Assembly (NCBI GenBank): GCA_043754515.1
Contig: JAYUUO010000058.1
Coordinates: 1 to 16,267 of the forward strand
Reading direction: 5' to 3'
Length of the DNA stretch: 16,267 nt
Origin: Armatimonadota bacterium
Lineage (GTDB): Bacteria > Armatimonadota > Armatimonadia > Armatimonadales > Armatimonadaceae
Part shown: one piece after another, positions 7,412 to 16,267 of the stretch
Position numbering within the stretch: position 1 is the first letter of the stretch
Layout: each line of letters opens with the position of its first letter
The notes under the pieces: model-generated
What the model was told of the DNA's origin: nothing
The model's database searches: none
The model's input: only the letters and a program-made list of their open reading frames with translations
Translations under genes and position numbers: made by a program

Positions 7412-7416
<5 letters not shown>
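7171..7416 (+). CDS. BrnA-like antitoxin, copy 1
   Basis: Overlaps the toxin 3' end; DELRPEYDLS...RGRYA...VTLDPDVAAVFADDAAVNEALR is typical of BrnT partners. Alternative start at ATG 7195. Confidence 0.85.
7280..7390 (+). repeat. Direct repeat B1 (antitoxin 3' half); partner at 7896-8006
   Basis: 111 nt, 106/111 identical to 7896-8006 by manual alignment. Confidence 0.95.
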
Positions 7417-8023
<607 letters not shown>

Positions 8024-8091
8024 CAAAGCGAGGGCGCGCACGGTTCATCGTGCTGGTTATACACGCGTCCGGGCAGTACACTACACGCACC

Positions 8092-9129
8092 GTGACCGAC
8101 TCTTCCGCCCCCCGCCGTTATCCCCTGGTGCCGACGCTCCTCCTGCTCACTCTCTTGCTCGGCGTCACGCTCCTCGTAGCGGTTATGATCGGGGAGGTGT
8201 CGCTCCCACCCAGCGTGATCCTTCGTGCCGTGGGGCACCGGCTCGCGCCCGCGCTCGTAGGCGGTGCCGACCCCATCACGACGGGTATCGTTTTCGACTT
8301 GCGTCTGCCCCGCGTCCTGCTCGCCGCGCTGGTTGGGGCCGCCCTCGCCGTCGCCGGTGCCGTTTTACAGGGTCTGACCCGCAACCCGCTCGCCGACCCG
8401 TACACGGCGGGCGTGTCGTCCGGCGCGTCGGTCGGCGCGGGAGCCGCTATTCTGCTCGGTATTGACGCCGTGTGGAACGGATTGGGCGGCTCCGTGCTCG
8501 CGTTCGTCGCGGCACTACTCACGCTCGCGCTGGTCTTTTCGCTGTCACGCGTCGGCGGACGAGTACACACGGCGGGGTTCCTGCTCGCCGGGGTCGTTGT
8601 CGGCTCGTTTCTGTGGAGCATCACGACACTGCTCTTGTCGCTCGCGCACACCGACCAGAACCGACTGCTCCAGTTCCTGATGGGGCGGTTCGGCGAGGCG
8701 CGTTGGGTGCAGGTCGGGTTTCTGTTCCCCCTCACTTCAGTGGGAGTCGCGCTGTTCGCGGCGGCGGGGCGCGGGCTGGACGCGTTCGCGTTCGGCGAGG
8801 AGACGGCGCGTTCGGTCGGCGTCGATACCGAACGGTTCAAGGCGGGCACGCTCGCGCTCGCCGCGCTCCTCACGGCGGCGTCAGTCGCTGTCGCGGGCAT
8901 TATCGGGTTCGTAGGGCTGATCGCGCCGCACGCCGCGCGCACTCTGGTCGGCCCGCCGCATCGGGGGCTGATCCCGGCTTCCGCCCTGATTGGCGCGATA
9001 CTGTGCGTCGTTTCCGACCTGATCGCCCGTACTGCCGTACCCGGCATTGAACTGCCGGTTGGGGTCGTGACTGCCCTGATCGGCGCGCCCTTTTTTGCCG
9101 GGCTGTTGCGGCGGCAAATGGGCGCGTGA
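8092..9129 (+). CDS. FecCD/BtuC family iron-chelate or cobalamin ABC transporter permease
   Basis: LRLPRVLLAALVGAALAVAGAVLQGLTRNPLADPY, EAA-like GEETARSVGV, GIIGFVGLIAPH, ELPVGVVTALIGAPFF. GTG 8092 chosen because TACACT (8077-8082) precedes it; the ORF is open from 8050. Confidence 0.95.
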   Translation: MTDSSAPRRYPLVPTLLLLTLLLGVTLLVAVMIGEVSLPPSVILRAVGHRLAPALVGGADPITTGIVFDLRLPRVLLAALVGAALAVAGAVLQGLTRNPLADPYTAGVSSGASVGAGAAILLGIDAVWNGLGGSVLAFVAALLTLALVFSLSRVGGRVHTAGFLLAGVVVGSFLWSITTLLLSLAHTDQNRLLQFLMGRFGEARWVQVGFLFPLTSVGVALFAAAGRGLDAFAFGEETARSVGVDTERFKAGTLALAALLTAASVAVAGIIGFVGLIAPHAARTLVGPPHRGLIPASALIGAILCVVSDLIARTAVPGIELPVGVVTALIGAPFFAGLLRRQMGA

Positions 9130-9156
9130 TATATAGGAGTCCTGTTTGTGAAGTAG

Positions 9157-9228
9157 GGCGCGGTAGCCAAGTGGTAAGGCAAGGGCCTGCAAAGCCTTTA
9201 TGCAGCGGTTCGAATCCGCTTCGCGCCT
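9157..9228 (+). tRNA. tRNA-Cys (GCA), copy 1
   Basis: Acceptor GGCGCGG/TCGCGCC, D arm GCC-AAGTGGTAA-GGC, anticodon arm AGGGC-CTGCAAA-GCCTT (GCA 9189-9191), T arm AGCGG-TTCGAAT-CCGCT, U73 discriminator; CCA not encoded. Confidence 0.96.
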
Positions 9229-9292
9229 CTCGTTCGTTGTCCTGTCCGGGGTAGTGTCTGTAGACCGCCCCATCAGCCAGGCATTCTCTCCC

Positions 9293-9364
9293 GGTGCTGT
9301 ACCCAAGGGGCTAAGGGGCAGGTCTGCAAAACCTTTACCGGCGGTTCGAGTCCGCCCGGCACCT
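9293..9364 (+). tRNA. tRNA-Cys (GCA), copy 2
   Basis: Acceptor GGTGCTG/CGGCACC, D arm CCC-AAGGGGCTAA-GGG, anticodon arm (C)AGGT-CTGCAAA-ACCT(T) (GCA 9326-9328), T arm GGCGG-TTCGAGT-CCGCC, U73; CCA not encoded. Confidence 0.94.
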
Positions 9365-9409
9365 TTCAAATTCCGCGTCGGGCGCGGGGTACGGTAGAAT
9401 AGGCCCGTC

Positions 9410-10402
9410 ATGTCCAACGCATCCTCCCACTTTCCCGCGTCCGCCGCGCCGCATCTTCCCGCGATGATGCTCTTCGCCGGTACCGCCAACCCTGATCTCG
9501 CCGCCGAAGTCGCGAAACATCTAGGAATCCCGCTCGGCGGTTTGCAGATCACCCGGTTCGCGGACGGCGAGTTATATGTCAAGTTCGAGGAGTCGGTGCG
9601 CGGTGCCGATGTGTTCCTGCTCCAGTCTACGTGCCCCCCGATTGACCAGAACCTGCTCGAGCTGCTTATTCTCATTGACGCGCTGAAGCGCGCGGCGGCG
9701 GGCAAGATCACCTGCGTGCTCCCGTACTACGGCTACGGTCGGCAGGAAAAGAAGGACGCGCCGCGCGAGCCGATCACAGCGAAACTGATCGCGAACCTGC
9801 TGGTGACGGCGGGCGCGAACCACGTGGTGGCGATGGATCTGCACGCGGACGCGATTCAGGGCTTCTTTGATATTCCGCTCGACCACCTGACCGCGCTACA
9901 CGTGATCTCCGATTACCTGCAAAACAAGGACTGGAGCGGCAAAGACATCGTGGTCGTTTCGCCGGACGAAGGGCGCGTGAAAAAGGTGCGCCGGATCGCG
10001 GGGCGCCTCGGCTGTCCGCTCGCGGTGGGCTACAAAACGCACCCCGAACACGGCGTCTCCGATGTGACACACCTTGCCGGAGATGTTCGCGGCAAGACGT
10101 GTATCGTGTACGACGACATGATCTCGTCCGGCGGCTCCATCAACGAGATCGTCAGCGCGCTACTGGCGCACGGCGCGAAGCCGGAGATAACAGTGGCGAC
10201 CACGCACGCGCTACTGGTTGGGCCTGCCGTGGAGCGACTCGCCCGCCCGGAGATCGCCGAACTGGTGATAACAAACACGGTGCCCCTGCCGGAGGAGAAG
10301 CGGCTGGCGAAGATGACTCAGTTGACGGTGGCTCCTATGTTCGCTGCCGCGATCCGCGCTATCTGGTCGGACGGCTCGGTGTCACGACTGTTCGACTTCT
10401 AG
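9410..10402 (+). CDS. prs: Ribose-phosphate pyrophosphokinase (PRPP synthetase) family protein with atypical catalytic loop
   Basis: FADGE, ESVRGADVFLLQ, PYYGYGRQEKK, REPITAKLIANLL, MDLHADAIQGFFDIP, VVVSPD, DDMISSGGS. TAGAAT at 9395-9400. Start may be a later Met (9464/9467). Confidence 0.92.
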   Translation: MSNASSHFPASAAPHLPAMMLFAGTANPDLAAEVAKHLGIPLGGLQITRFADGELYVKFEESVRGADVFLLQSTCPPIDQNLLELLILIDALKRAAAGKITCVLPYYGYGRQEKKDAPREPITAKLIANLLVTAGANHVVAMDLHADAIQGFFDIPLDHLTALHVISDYLQNKDWSGKDIVVVSPDEGRVKKVRRIAGRLGCPLAVGYKTHPEHGVSDVTHLAGDVRGKTCIVYDDMISSGGSINEIVSALLAHGAKPEITVATTHALLVGPAVERLARPEIAELVITNTVPLPEEKRLAKMTQLTVAPMFAAAIRAIWSDGSVSRLFDF

Positions 10403-10917
10403 CGCATCTCGGGGGGAAGGTCCCCGAAGACCTGTGCCCCACCGCGTTTATCCTTTAACTGGTATACGTACTCGATTCGTTCTTGTTTTCGGGGGCCAGT
10501 GATCGCCCAGTCGAAGAGGAGAATATCTCCGGTCAATCGCACTTCGGCGGTGTACTCATCCTCGCCGCACGAGTGCGGCGCGAGGGACGACCAGACGTTT
10601 CCGGTTCCCGGCGTGAGGTCGAAAAGGTAAACCGGGCGATCCACGCCGAAGCGCAGATGCTCCAGGCGGATCGTTTCGCCCCGGAGTGTCCAGCGATAAA
10701 CATTCGTGAACGGTAACGGCTTGGCCGCGCCCGGTTGCCGCCATGTCCCCACTTCGCGGAAGAGGATAACGTCCGGTGAGTCCTCGACCAGCACGGTGCC
10801 GTCCCCTATGCCGCTCCATCCCGTCGCTGCGCTCCCGTAGGCGACGAAATGCACGGCGCATACTGTTCGCAGGGCGTCCCAGAGCGACTGTCTAGTTTCC
10901 AGATCATCTGCTAGCAT
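10399..10917 (-). CDS. DUF6314-like beta-rich hypothetical protein
   Basis: GWSGIGDGTV...FREVGTW...NVYRW...IRLEHLRFGVDRPVYLFDL...HSCGEDEY resembles DUF6314 as I recall it; stop overlaps the prs stop in CTAG (10399-10402). Confidence 0.7.
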   Translation of the reverse strand: MLADDLETRQSLWDALRTVCAVHFVAYGSAATGWSGIGDGTVLVEDSPDVILFREVGTWRQPGAAKPLPFTNVYRWTLRGETIRLEHLRFGVDRPVYLFDLTPGTGNVWSSLAPHSCGEDEYTAEVRLTGDILLFDWAITGPRKQERIEYVYQLKDKRGGAQVFGDLPPEMR

Positions 10918-11031
10918 TGACGGGTATTATTCCCGCAAACCCCACCTAAAGCGGACCGTAGTATCGCGCCAAAAAACCCGCAACTTTTCCGGGACTTGCG
11001 GGACTTACCAGATGTGGTAATATTCCCATCA

Positions 11032-11625
11032 ATGGAAATAGACGAACCCGACGAGCCGGAGATCCCGTCTCGCTCGCGCCTCATCATGCACCCCGTCCGG
11101 TTCCGCATCCTGCTCGCTCTGAGCGGGCGCGAACTGACCACCGCGCAGATCGCCGCCGAGATGCCCGACGTCCCCGCGACCAGCCTGTATCGCCAGATAC
11201 AGACCCTGCACCGCGGCGGCATCCTGCGTGTCGCCGGCGAGCGGGCGACGCGCGGCGCGGTCGAGCGGCGGTGGATGTTCCGCGAAGAGGACGCGACTAC
11301 CACGCTGGAAGAAGCAGAAGGATATACCCCGCAGGTCATCGCGCGCAGTTTCCACATTCTCGTCGACGCGATGCTCGACCAGTTCCGCCGCTACCTGACC
11401 ACGGCGGGTGCGAACCCGCGCCGCGACGGGATGCGCTATCTCGTCCATGCCGTTTCCGTTTCCCCCGAGGAACACGAACAGCTCGTCGCCGATCTCGTCG
11501 CGCGGGTGGAGCAGGCGGTTTCGCTTCCGCCCGCCCCGCACCGTCGGCGGATATTTTTATTCAACGTTGCCATCCCCCAGTCCGGCACGCCGGACGCGCC
11601 CGAACCCGAAAGGAACACCCCATGA
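11032..11625 (+). CDS. Winged helix-turn-helix (ArsR/HTH_20-like) transcriptional regulator
   Basis: LIMHPVRFRILLALSGRELTTAQIAAEMPDVPATSLYRQIQTLHRGGILRVAGERATRGAVERRW; ATG 11032 lies 8 nt after an extended -10 (TG-G-TAATAT, hexamer 11018-11023); stop overlaps the next start (ATGA). Confidence 0.88.
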   Translation: MEIDEPDEPEIPSRSRLIMHPVRFRILLALSGRELTTAQIAAEMPDVPATSLYRQIQTLHRGGILRVAGERATRGAVERRWMFREEDATTTLEEAEGYTPQVIARSFHILVDAMLDQFRRYLTTAGANPRRDGMRYLVHAVSVSPEEHEQLVADLVARVEQAVSLPPAPHRRRIFLFNVAIPQSGTPDAPEPERNTP

Positions 11626-12569
11626 GCCTTGTGCTGTCCCACGTCACGAAAACCTACCCGAACGGCGTGCGCGCCTTAGACGATCTTTCGCTGACTATCG
11701 AGACCGGTATGTACGGACTGCTCGGTCCGAACGGCGCCGGCAAGTCGTCCCTAATGCGTACCATCGCCGCCCTGCAGGAGCCGGATTCCGGCAGCCTGAC
11801 GCTCGACGGCGTGGACATTGTAAAAAACAAGGAAGCGGTGCGGCATCGGCTCGGCTATCTGCCGCAGGAGTTCGGCTTCTACCCGACTCTGACTGCCGAG
11901 GCACAATTAGATCACTTCGCCCTGATCAAAGGGATTGGAGACAGAAAGGTCCGCCGCGATACGGTCTCCGCCCTGCTCGCACAGGTCAACCTGTCCGAGA
12001 ATAAGAACAAGCGCGTCGGCGGCTTTTCTGGCGGCATGCGCCAGCGGCTCGGCATTGCGACCGCGCTGCTCGGAAACCCATACCTGATCATCGTGGACGA
12101 GCCGACCGCCGGACTTGACCCGACCGAGCGCAACCGCTTCCTGAACCTGTTAGCCGAGATCGGCACGGACCGTATCGTCATCCTGTCCACGCACATCGTC
12201 GAGGACGTGCGCGAACTCTGCCCCCGCATGGCGATCATCGCGCGCGGGCGGGTCGCCGCTGAGGGAGCACCTGAAGCCGTGATTGACGGCGTCCGCGGCA
12301 AACTATGGGAGCGGGCCGTTGACCGCAGCGAGATAGCCGGTCTGAAAGCCGCGCTCCCCGTGGTCGCCACCAAACTGCACGCGGGCGTCCCCCACCTGAC
12401 CGTGGCGATGCCGACTGCCCCCGCGCCTGGCTGGAAACCCGTCGTCCCCGATCTCGAAGACGCCTATTTCTACTACACCGGCGCGTCGACCGACGTTTCG
12501 ACGCACGCAGCCCCGCCGACCGCCTCGCCGACCGTTCCGGCGGTCGCGCCCGCCTCGCTCGCCGTCTGA
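11622..12569 (+). CDS. ABC transporter ATP-binding protein (ABC-2/drug-exporter type)
   Basis: Walker A GPNGAGKS, Q-loop GYLPQ, signature FSGGMRQR, Walker B IIVDEPT, H-loop STH; RBS GAAAGGA at 11608-11614 supports start 11622. Confidence 0.96.
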   Translation: MSLVLSHVTKTYPNGVRALDDLSLTIETGMYGLLGPNGAGKSSLMRTIAALQEPDSGSLTLDGVDIVKNKEAVRHRLGYLPQEFGFYPTLTAEAQLDHFALIKGIGDRKVRRDTVSALLAQVNLSENKNKRVGGFSGGMRQRLGIATALLGNPYLIIVDEPTAGLDPTERNRFLNLLAEIGTDRIVILSTHIVEDVRELCPRMAIIARGRVAAEGAPEAVIDGVRGKLWERAVDRSEIAGLKAALPVVATKLHAGVPHLTVAMPTAPAPGWKPVVPDLEDAYFYYTGASTDVSTHAAPPTASPTVPAVAPASLAV

Positions 12570-12591
12570 TCTCAGCGAAAGGAATATCCCG

Positions 12592-15500
12592 ATGCCCTCC
12601 CCGTTCTCCCTGTTCCTCGGCGTCTGCCGCTTCGAGTGGCGGTACCGAATGCGCCAGCCGTCGCCCTACCTGTTTTTCCTGATCCTGTTCTTGCTCACGT
12701 TCGGCTTCGTCGCCAGCGATGTCGTGCAGCTCGGCGGCGCGACCGGACAAGCGCTACGTAACTCGCCGCTCAATATCGCCCGATTTTCTGCTCTGTTCGT
12801 CGTTTTAGGCGGCCCGATGATCGCCGCCCTGATGGGAACCGCAGTGCAACGCGACTTCGAGTGGAACACGCATGAACTGTTCTTCACCACTCGTTTGGGG
12901 CGAGCCGCGTACTACTTCGGGCGGTTCGCCGGCGCGTTCGCCGTCACGGTGCTGATCTTCTCCGGCGTGCTGTTCGGCATTGCCGTGGGCGCGGTGATGC
13001 CCTGGGTGGACAAGTCGACCGTCGCGCCATTCAACCCCGCCGCCTACGCTTCGGCGTTCTGCGGCGTTCTGGTCCCCGACCTCTTGTTCGTCGGCGCGAT
13101 ACTTTTCGTGGTCGGCGCGTCGTCGCGTGCCCTGCTTACCGTGTATGCTTCATCTATCGTCCTGCTCATCGGCTACCTGACCGCCAGTAGCCTCATCACC
13201 GAAATCTCCAACCGCACCCTCGCCGCCTTGATAGACCCGCTCGGCTCATCCGCGATCCGTGTGCTGACGCTTTACTGGACTCCGGAAGAGCGAAATACGC
13301 AGTACCTGCCGCTCGCCGGAATTTTCCTTGCCAACCGTCTGCTTTGGGGCGGCACTTCCCTCGCCCTGCTTGCCGCTGGCTGGAGCCGGTTCGCGTTCTC
13401 GTCCGCCCCCGCGCCGCTCCTGCCGTTCCTGACCCGCCGACCGAAGGCGGCGGAGCGGAGTAACACCGGGGCGGAACCGGTACCGGCGATTCCGGCGACC
13501 GGTGGACGCGCCGCGACCTTCGCCGAACTCTGGTGGAGCGAAACGCGCCTGCATTTCACCGATGTGTACCGCTCGCTGACCTTTCAGATCATCGTCATTT
13601 GCGGCGCGGTCGTGTTCCTTCTGAACGCGATAAATATAGACAAGGTTTTCGGCACGCCGTCGCTCCCGACCACGCGAACGATGACGGAGTTGATCCAACG
13701 CTCGTTCACCGTCTTTTTTCTCGCCCTGATCACTTTCGTCGTCGGAGAACTCGTCTGGCGCGAGCGTACCCTGCGCCTCGCCCCCGTGCGCGATAGTCTG
13801 CCCGCCCCAGCGACGCTCGCCCTGTCGGCGAAGATAAGTGCGGTCGTGTTGCTTCTCGCGGCGATCCAGGCGCAGCTAATGGCACTCGCCATGGCATGCC
13901 AGTTGGTACAAGGGTACACGCATATCGAAATCGGCTTGTACCTGACGATCCTGTTCGTGTGGCAGCTACCCGCGCTTCTGTTCCTCTCCGCGCTGGCGTT
14001 CTTCATCCACACCGTGGTCAATCAAAAGTTCCTCGGTCACGTCCTGTTCGTGGTCGCGTTTGTGTTAACGCAGTCACTGCCACTGCTCGGTTGGGATCAC
14101 AACCTGTTCCTGTTCGGCGGCGGTCCGACGCTCAAATACTCGGACATGAGCCGCTACGGCGAGTTCCCCGCGCCGTATGCCGCGTTCACGCTTTATTGGG
14201 CGTTCGCGTCGTTCCTCCTGCTGCTCGCCACCGCCCTGCTCTGGGTGCGCGGCACCGAGCCGCCGCTAGCCGCCCGACTGCGCGAGGGCGGTGCTCGGTT
14301 CGGGGCGCGCGCCCCACGCCTCGTTCTCGCCGCCGGACTACTCGGCATAGCGACGCTCGGCGGCTGGATCTTCTACAACACGAACGTTCTGAACCCGTAC
14401 CACTCGAACAAGGAAGTGACACAGCTGACCGCGGGGTACGAGACGCTTTACAAACGCTACGCCGCCCTGCCAATGCCGCGCGTCACTGCCGTGTCGCTCG
14501 ACGCCGACCTGCGCCCGGAAGCGCACACGTATTCGATCAACGGCACCTACACGCTCAAAAACAAGACCGACAGACCGGTCGCGCAACTGCTCGTCCTCGA
14601 AGACAGCAAACTCGCGCTCGCGGACGTTGCCATTGACGGCGTCCCACTCGCCGCGACCACCAGTGACCGGATTCGCGGCGTATACCTGTACCCCCTCGCC
14701 CGCCCCCTGCCCCCCGGCGCGGAGGCGAAACTGACCTGGACGGTGCGTTATGACCGGCGTGGTTTCCCGAACGGCGACCCCGACAACACCATCACGCTCG
14801 ACGGCACGTTCCTCCAAGGCGTCACGCCCACGCTCGGTTACAGCCGGCAAGCCGAGATCGCCGCGCCCGACGAACGCCGCAAGCAGAAACTCCCCGTGCG
14901 CGAGCGGCGCGCCCCGGCGACCGACCTCGCCGCGCGCGGCAATACCTACATCTCGAACGACGCCGACTGGATCGCGTTCGACGCCACGGTGCGCACCGCG
15001 CCTGACCAAACCGCGATGGCGCCCGGCGACCTGACCCGCGAATGGACTGAGAACGGGCGGCACTGCTTCCACTACCAGATGGACACGCCGATCCGCAATT
15101 TCTACGCCTTCTTATCCGGCAAATGGGCGGTCAAGCGTGACACCTGGACGAACGGGGTGCAGACCGTCGCGCTATCAATCTACTACCTGCCGCCGCACCC
15201 GTACAACGTAGACAGGATGCTGAGTGGGGTGAAGGGCGCGCTCGCCTATTGCTCGGAAAACTATAGCCCCTACCCGCACCCGTCGCTGCGCATCGTCGAG
15301 GTGCCGGTCTATTACTCATTCGCGCAGTCGTTTCCCGGCATGATCCCGTTCGGTGAGGGCGTCGGGTTCACATCGAAGGTGGATAGGAGCGACCCGGACG
15401 GCATGGACACCCCACTCTACATTGCGGCGCATGAAACGGCGCACCAGTGGTGGGCACACGTCGTGGTCGGCGGCGACGTGCAAGGCGCGGAACTGCTCTC

Positions 15501-16233
15501 AGAATCGCTCGCCGAGTATTCCGCGCTGATGACGATGGAGCGGATCTACGGGCGGCGCAAGATGGCGCGCTTCCTGCGCCTCGACTTAGACCGCTACCTC
15601 GGCGGGCGTGGGGGGGAGCGCGACAAGGAGCAGCCGCTCGTGTCGGTCGAGAATCAGCCTTACATCCACTACAGCAAAGGCTCGCTCGCGTTCTACGCCC
15701 TGCGGGAGGCAATGGGTGAGCGGCGTGTCAACGCCGCCTTAGCCCGGTTCGTCAAAGACAAGGGCTATCAGGAGCCGCCCTACGCGACCGCGCCGGAACT
15801 GGTCTCTTATCTGAAGGAAGGCGCGACCCCGGCGGAAGTCAGTCTGATCCACGACCTGTTCGAGACGATCACGTTGTACGATCTGCAGTGCGAGAAGGCG
15901 GTGGCGACGAAGCGCGCGGACGGCAAGTACGACACGACGCTGACCGTTTACGCGCGCACCCTGCACGCGGACGGCAAGGGCAAAGAAACGCCCGCGCCGT
16001 TCACGCTCCCGGTGGAGGTCGGTGTTTTCGCCGAGGCACCGCGCGGCAGCAAGATCGTCGGCGAACCACTCGCCCTCGACCGCCGCACGCTCACGCTGCC
16101 GACCACGGGCGAGCCGCGCACCACGGTGACGTTCACCACAGACAAACTGCCGGTGAAGGCGGGGATTGACCCGTACAACCGCCTGATTGACCGCAAGCCG
16201 GAGGATAACGCGGTCACGGTTACTAAAGAGTAA
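12592..16233 (+). CDS. ABC-2 permease (two membrane modules) fused to a C-terminal M1-family zinc aminopeptidase domain
   Basis: About 600 aa of multi-pass membrane sequence in two related halves (TAVQRDFE / ELVWRER), then a soluble domain with HETAH (15430-15444), downstream LSESLAEY and IHYSKG; RBS GAAAGGA upstream. Confidence 0.93.
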   Translation: MPSPFSLFLGVCRFEWRYRMRQPSPYLFFLILFLLTFGFVASDVVQLGGATGQALRNSPLNIARFSALFVVLGGPMIAALMGTAVQRDFEWNTHELFFTTRLGRAAYYFGRFAGAFAVTVLIFSGVLFGIAVGAVMPWVDKSTVAPFNPAAYASAFCGVLVPDLLFVGAILFVVGASSRALLTVYASSIVLLIGYLTASSLITEISNRTLAALIDPLGSSAIRVLTLYWTPEERNTQYLPLAGIFLANRLLWGGTSLALLAAGWSRFAFSSAPAPLLPFLTRRPKAAERSNTGAEPVPAIPATGGRAATFAELWWSETRLHFTDVYRSLTFQIIVICGAVVFLLNAINIDKVFGTPSLPTTRTMTELIQRSFTVFFLALITFVVGELVWRERTLRLAPVRDSLPAPATLALSAKISAVVLLLAAIQAQLMALAMACQLVQGYTHIEIGLYLTILFVWQLPALLFLSALAFFIHTVVNQKFLGHVLFVVAFVLTQSLPLLGWDHNLFLFGGGPTLKYSDMSRYGEFPAPYAAFTLYWAFASFLLLLATALLWVRGTEPPLAARLREGGARFGARAPRLVLAAGLLGIATLGGWIFYNTNVLNPYHSNKEVTQLTAGYETLYKRYAALPMPRVTAVSLDADLRPEAHTYSINGTYTLKNKTDRPVAQLLVLEDSKLALADVAIDGVPLAATTSDRIRGVYLYPLARPLPPGAEAKLTWTVRYDRRGFPNGDPDNTITLDGTFLQGVTPTLGYSRQAEIAAPDERRKQKLPVRERRAPATDLAARGNTYISNDADWIAFDATVRTAPDQTAMAPGDLTREWTENGRHCFHYQMDTPIRNFYAFLSGKWAVKRDTWTNGVQTVALSIYYLPPHPYNVDRMLSGVKGALAYCSENYSPYPHPSLRIVEVPVYYSFAQSFPGMIPFGEGVGFTSKVDRSDPDGMDTPLYIAAHETAHQWWAHVVVGGDVQGAELLSESLAEYSALMTMERIYGRRKMARFLRLDLDRYLGGRGGERDKEQPLVSVENQPYIHYSKGSLAFYALREAMGERRVNAALARFVKDKGYQEPPYATAPELVSYLKEGATPAEVSLIHDLFETITLYDLQCEKAVATKRADGKYDTTLTVYARTLHADGKGKETPAPFTLPVEVGVFAEAPRGSKIVGEPLALDRRTLTLPTTGEPRTTVTFTTDKLPVKAGIDPYNRLIDRKPEDNAVTVTKE

Positions 16234-16267
16234 CAGGAAACATTCGCCGTCGTCGCAGCCTCCCTGG

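Noticed and set aside
9229..9292. Degenerate third tRNA in the spacer (GTCTGTAGAC within a GGGG/CCCC hairpin)
   Set aside because: No T-loop or D-loop consensus; at most a spacer hairpin.
8118..9711. Antisense ORFs of 354 and 276 aa and the 65-aa ORF at 9200-9397
   Set aside because: They overlap the permease, both tRNAs and prs, which explain the sequence.
11271..11621. 117-aa N-terminal extension of the ABC ATPase in the ORF track
   Set aside because: Overlaps the HTH gene out of frame; a strong RBS and ATGA coupling point to start 11622.

Overview
GC-rich bacterial chromosomal window; the gene mix is reminiscent of Armatimonadota, but that is an unverified impression. Left to right: a perfect 35-nt palindrome at the window edge; an orphan XRE/HigA-like HTH gene; a DUF3667 membrane protein; an M15D (VanX-like) D-Ala-D-Ala dipeptidase overlapping a convergent exported peroxiredoxin (BCP) + TlpA-like thioredoxin pair; a densely structured ~260-nt non-coding element I cannot assign to a known RNA family; a DUF2089 / small ORF / DUF4097 (LiaX/YvlB-like) operon with a strong promoter and palindromic operator candidate; two tandem BrnT-BrnA-type toxin-antitoxin modules with near-identical ends but divergent middles; an orphan FecCD/BtuC permease; two sequence-divergent tRNA-Cys(GCA) genes; an atypical Prs; a DUF6314-like gene; and an HTH regulator + ABC ATPase + ABC-permease/M1-aminopeptidase fusion operon. 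The two strongest candidates for novelty are the mosaic TA tandem (possible exchangeable toxin-C-terminus/antitoxin-N-terminus specificity cassette) and the unassigned structured RNA at ~4049-4313. All family calls come from motif recognition by eye, not database searches.
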